Shown: positions 61,801 through 64,000 of the stretch, piece by piece | Numbering within the stretch: position 1 is the first letter of the stretch | Layout of the letters: the number at the start of each line of letters is the position of its first letter | From: Amoebophrya sp. A120 | Taxonomy: Eukaryota; Protista; Dinoflagellata | Assembly: GCA_905178155.1 (NCBI GenBank) | Contig: CAJINV010000019.1 | Coordinates: 154,982 to 218,981 of the forward strand | DNA: 64,000 nt | Direction: 5' to 3' | Made by a program: the position numbers and the translations under genes | The notes under the pieces: model-generated | What the model was told of the DNA's origin: nothing | Databases searched by the model: none | What the model saw: the letters and a program-made list of their open reading frames with translations, nothing else

Positions 61801-62205
61801 CCGCTTGCCATCAGGCGCGACCACGCGCAACTCCTTCACCTCGCCCGCCACATACTCGGGCTGGTTTCGCGCGGTGGACCGGGTCCGCAGCCAGCACTCC
61901 TTGCCGCGGTCGGAGATCTCCGCGCCTGCGTGGATGTTCTCAATGTCCACCTTTTTGGTGGCCGTGGGGTTGCTGGCCGGCGCGGCCTCGAAGGTGGTGG
62001 CTTTCCCGAGCTGGATTTTTCGGGCCTTAATATCCAGGTAAAGCTGGTTCACCGACCTTATCGGCTGCTTGTTCACGTACAGCACGCCCTCGTAAGCGGC
62101 ATCCTGGCCCGGGATCTCGATCAAACAGGAAGTCTGCGGGTTGTTGTTCTTCAGCCGCTCCCCGATGCGGGCCGCGTGCGTGAAGGTGATCTCTCCGAAC
62201 GGCAT
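52832..62205 (-). CDS. Calpain-family (CysPc, peptidase C2) cysteine protease with a long N-terminal extension and C-terminal CaaX (CVIM); 13 introners plus canonical introns
   Basis: IRQHNVGDCWLTSILAA (catalytic Cys), LLLDDRIPV, ELWPVLIEKAFAK, GLIPGHVFSI (His, joined across 57424-57713), KIRNPWGHGEWTGLWAD (Asn), DDGVFFLQWEDF after the GT-AG intron 53446-56143. Linking the N-terminal exons (59200-62205) to this gene is inferred. Confidence 0.85.
53070..53317. mobile_element. Family-A introner in calpain
   Basis: Family-A TIRs; TSD tccgg/tccgg; removal restores TYEHRKDFIK. Confidence 0.9.
56387..56650. mobile_element. Family-A introner in calpain
   Basis: Family-A TIRs; TSD tgtcc/tgtcc. Confidence 0.9.
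56723..56880. mobile_element. Family-E introner in calpain
   Basis: TATCCACAGTAAATTTCCCGTACACGTACA...TGTACATGTACAGGAAATTTGTATTTTTGCATA; TSD acacc/acacc. Confidence 0.8.
57075..57335. mobile_element. Family-A-like introner in calpain
   Basis: TATGCATTGCAAATGTGTCTGG...CCAGGGATATTTGCAATGCATA; TSD tttcg/ttttg. Confidence 0.82.
57424..57713. mobile_element. Family-C introner immediately after the calpain catalytic His codon
   Basis: Family-C TIRs; TSD acacg/acacg; removal restores PGHVFSILDV. Confidence 0.92.
58102..58256. mobile_element. Family-B introner in calpain
   Basis: Family-B TIRs; TSD atctg/atctg; removal restores VEGQIRWLLLDD. Confidence 0.92.
59406..59696. mobile_element. Family-A introner
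   Basis: Family-A TIRs; TSD accga/accga. Confidence 0.9.
59739..59888. mobile_element. Family-B introner
   Basis: Family-B TIRs; TSD gcgtc/gcgtc. Confidence 0.9.
59956..60232. mobile_element. Family-A introner
   Basis: Family-A TIRs; TSD tcggc/tcggc. Confidence 0.9.
60398..60664. mobile_element. Family-A introner
   Basis: Family-A TIRs; TSD agccg/agcca. Confidence 0.88.
60788..61092. mobile_element. Degenerate A-like introner
   Basis: TATGCAATACAAATATC...GATATTTGCAATGCATA; TSD not conserved. Confidence 0.6.
61162..61469. mobile_element. Family-F introner
   Basis: TATGGAAGTGTAAGAATCGAAATTGACAAAGTCGAAAAATTTG...CAAATTTTTCGACTTTGTCGATTTCGATCCTGACACATCCATA; TSD cgggc/cgggt. Confidence 0.85.
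61527..61679. mobile_element. Family-B introner
   Basis: Family-B TIRs; TSD ttgcc/ttgcc; closely similar to 59739-59888. Confidence 0.9.
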
Positions 62206-63541
62206 ATTTGATTATTATTTGTGTTGCACAAGAAGGATGAATGTATATATTTGTGCTGTTGCAGAATCCACTAATCGAATATGTTCCGTAACTCGTAGAA
62301 CGACGCGAGCGAAACGATTACCAGATACTGCAGGAGAACCATGATGTTGCGGGAGGATAAAAAATCACTTAGACGTCGTGATTCAGCATAATATATGTGG
62401 GGAAAAATAACATTGAATTACTGGGTGGGTATTCGTATTACACTGTTGTCGTCACTTTGAAATGAGCGATACAGGTTCTTGTAGATACATAGTGCTTTAC
62501 TTCACGACATCAAACAACATTTGTTCATCCAAGCGCACGAACGACGGCAAGAAATGACACGACCTTCACCTTCAGGACAGTGAAAGGGTGCGATAATCGT
62601 GTTGTCCTCTTCTTCGTACGATGCAGAAGCTGAATAGCTGGAATTATGATACTTATACACAAAACTTGTGAACGAACCGAGCACATTTTCCAGATGGGAT
62701 ATTCATCCACAGAGTCCTTGACTCCACCGACTGTAAAATCCGTGGGCAAAACAAGGCAAAACCGAAGTGTAACGGCGCCTGCTTCCCTCTTGAGCAGGCA
62801 CGAGGCAACCGCAACGAAAATGCGGAGATAAAACAAAGTAAAACAAACCGAGGATGATTGGTAGAACCAGGTCGGGAGCCGAAAAACCGAGGCGAAAGGC
62901 CGGCGAGCGAAGAAATATGTCTTCGGACCGATAAAATCAAATGGCTTCGTTTTTAAGCGTGTACTGAAATTTTATACGAATGAAGACTAAAACCGATTCA
63001 TTGGCGAATTTGAAACCGATAGTTCATCTCGAAGTGAGTTTGCTTTTGTAAGGACATCAACTACAACTAGTAGTGGTAGCATGATAGGCAGAGACGACAG
63101 AATATTTTTGGTTTGTGGTCGAGAAGCTTACTTTCACAATTCCTCTCCACAAGCAGCTGGCTTCTTGCATTTGGCAGCTGGCTTCCTGCATTTTCTGAGT
63201 GAAAAGCTCAAGTTCTTGTTCCCATTCTTGTTTGGGATTCTTGGTGCTCTTGGGAGGACAAGAAGGGGACAAGAAGACGAGAATTTGATCCGGTGTCTTC
63301 GTGTTGCTTGACTCAACATGGTTGTACAGCGCGAACTGAATGCAACATGGGTGGTAGAACCAACTACAACATATGATCTTCAGGGAAAATAGAACTAGAA
63401 GCGGGTAAGCTGTACGTAAGAACTTCGAGATACAACGCTAGAAGGTTTGCTTTGATGATTCCAATGTATTCGTTCGAAACAGCAGCTCAGCGCTAGAATA
63501 CACGGCGAGTACTACGCCAAAATACTTCAACTTCATCTTGC

Positions 63542-63909
63542 TCAACGCATCTTCACCCTGGGGGGTAGTTCCGTGGTCAATTTTTGCGCGACCGGAACTA
63601 CCTTCTGTCCATCACCGCTTTCCTTTCCCTCCCGTGGGTCGTGGTCAACATGAATATGATCCGTTTTCTTGTAAAGCTCGTCACCGTGATAGTAGGCATC
63701 CCAGGCCCCCTCTCCGGCCTGCGCCGCTTTGCCATCTGGAAACTGGATCGCGTCTGCATGGGCGTGCTGGGAATCGGATTCCTCCCAGATGCGGTCGACA
63801 ACGTGGTCCACATCATGATGAATTTTGTGCCACAAGTCGTTGTTTTTGTCGAGCAAGTCCGCTTGAAGCCCGTCGGTGGCGGTGTGCACGGTGTCCAGCA
63901 GGATTCCCA
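63542..63909 (-). CDS. 3' exon of a hypothetical His/Asp-rich protein; the gene continues beyond the window
   Basis: The part of ORF 63542-63940 downstream of the introner reads MGILLDTVHTATDG...LPPRVKMR*. Confidence 0.55.
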
Positions 63910-64000
63910 TATCAACTGTAAAAATGTCTGGGTCTGGCAATTCTGAGACTTGTCATGCACTTCGCAATGCCTATTCCGCATGACAAATTCCCTCTCCGCG
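63910..64000. mobile_element. Family-A introner, truncated by the window edge
   Basis: TATCAACTGTAAAAATGTCTGGGTCTGG followed by TGTCATGC motifs. Confidence 0.8.

Noticed and set aside
20959-63981. Many ORFs sharing peptides such as FQTQTFLHLI, MQKCLGLE, PDPDIFA, CKSIVLV and YEYDTFA, suggesting a repeated protein family
   Set aside because: These are translations of introner TIRs in different frames, not real domains.
1-64000. rRNA, tRNA or dinoflagellate spliced-leader sequences
   Set aside because: None were recognised by eye. A covariance-model scan would be needed to exclude small RNAs.

Overview
This is eukaryotic genomic DNA, not prokaryotic. Its intron architecture resembles that described for the parasitic dinoflagellate Amoebophrya, but that assignment is inferred. 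There are two compartments. (1) About 1-16750 is a GC-rich block with all genes on the plus strand, and it looks like one large mobile element, probably truncated on the left. It encodes a spliced Merlin/IS1595-family DDE transposase, a D5-like SF3 helicase fused to a family-A-like 'TVpol' polymerase, an OTU-like cysteine protease and an unknown gene. It also carries a dyad-symmetric iteron/hairpin site that resembles a replication origin. Together these suggest a candidate self-synthesizing transposon built on a Merlin transposase. (2) About 16900-64000 holds host genes, all on the minus strand: GCN1, a calpain ending in a CaaX box, a possible RAP-domain protein and several hypotheticals. These genes are interrupted by about 30 MITE-like non-canonical introns (introners) from at least six TIR families. 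Nearly all have TA...TA termini, 5-bp target-site duplications (TSDs) and a shared internal GCAT(G/C/T)ACA motif. All calls come from reading motifs by eye; no database searches were run.
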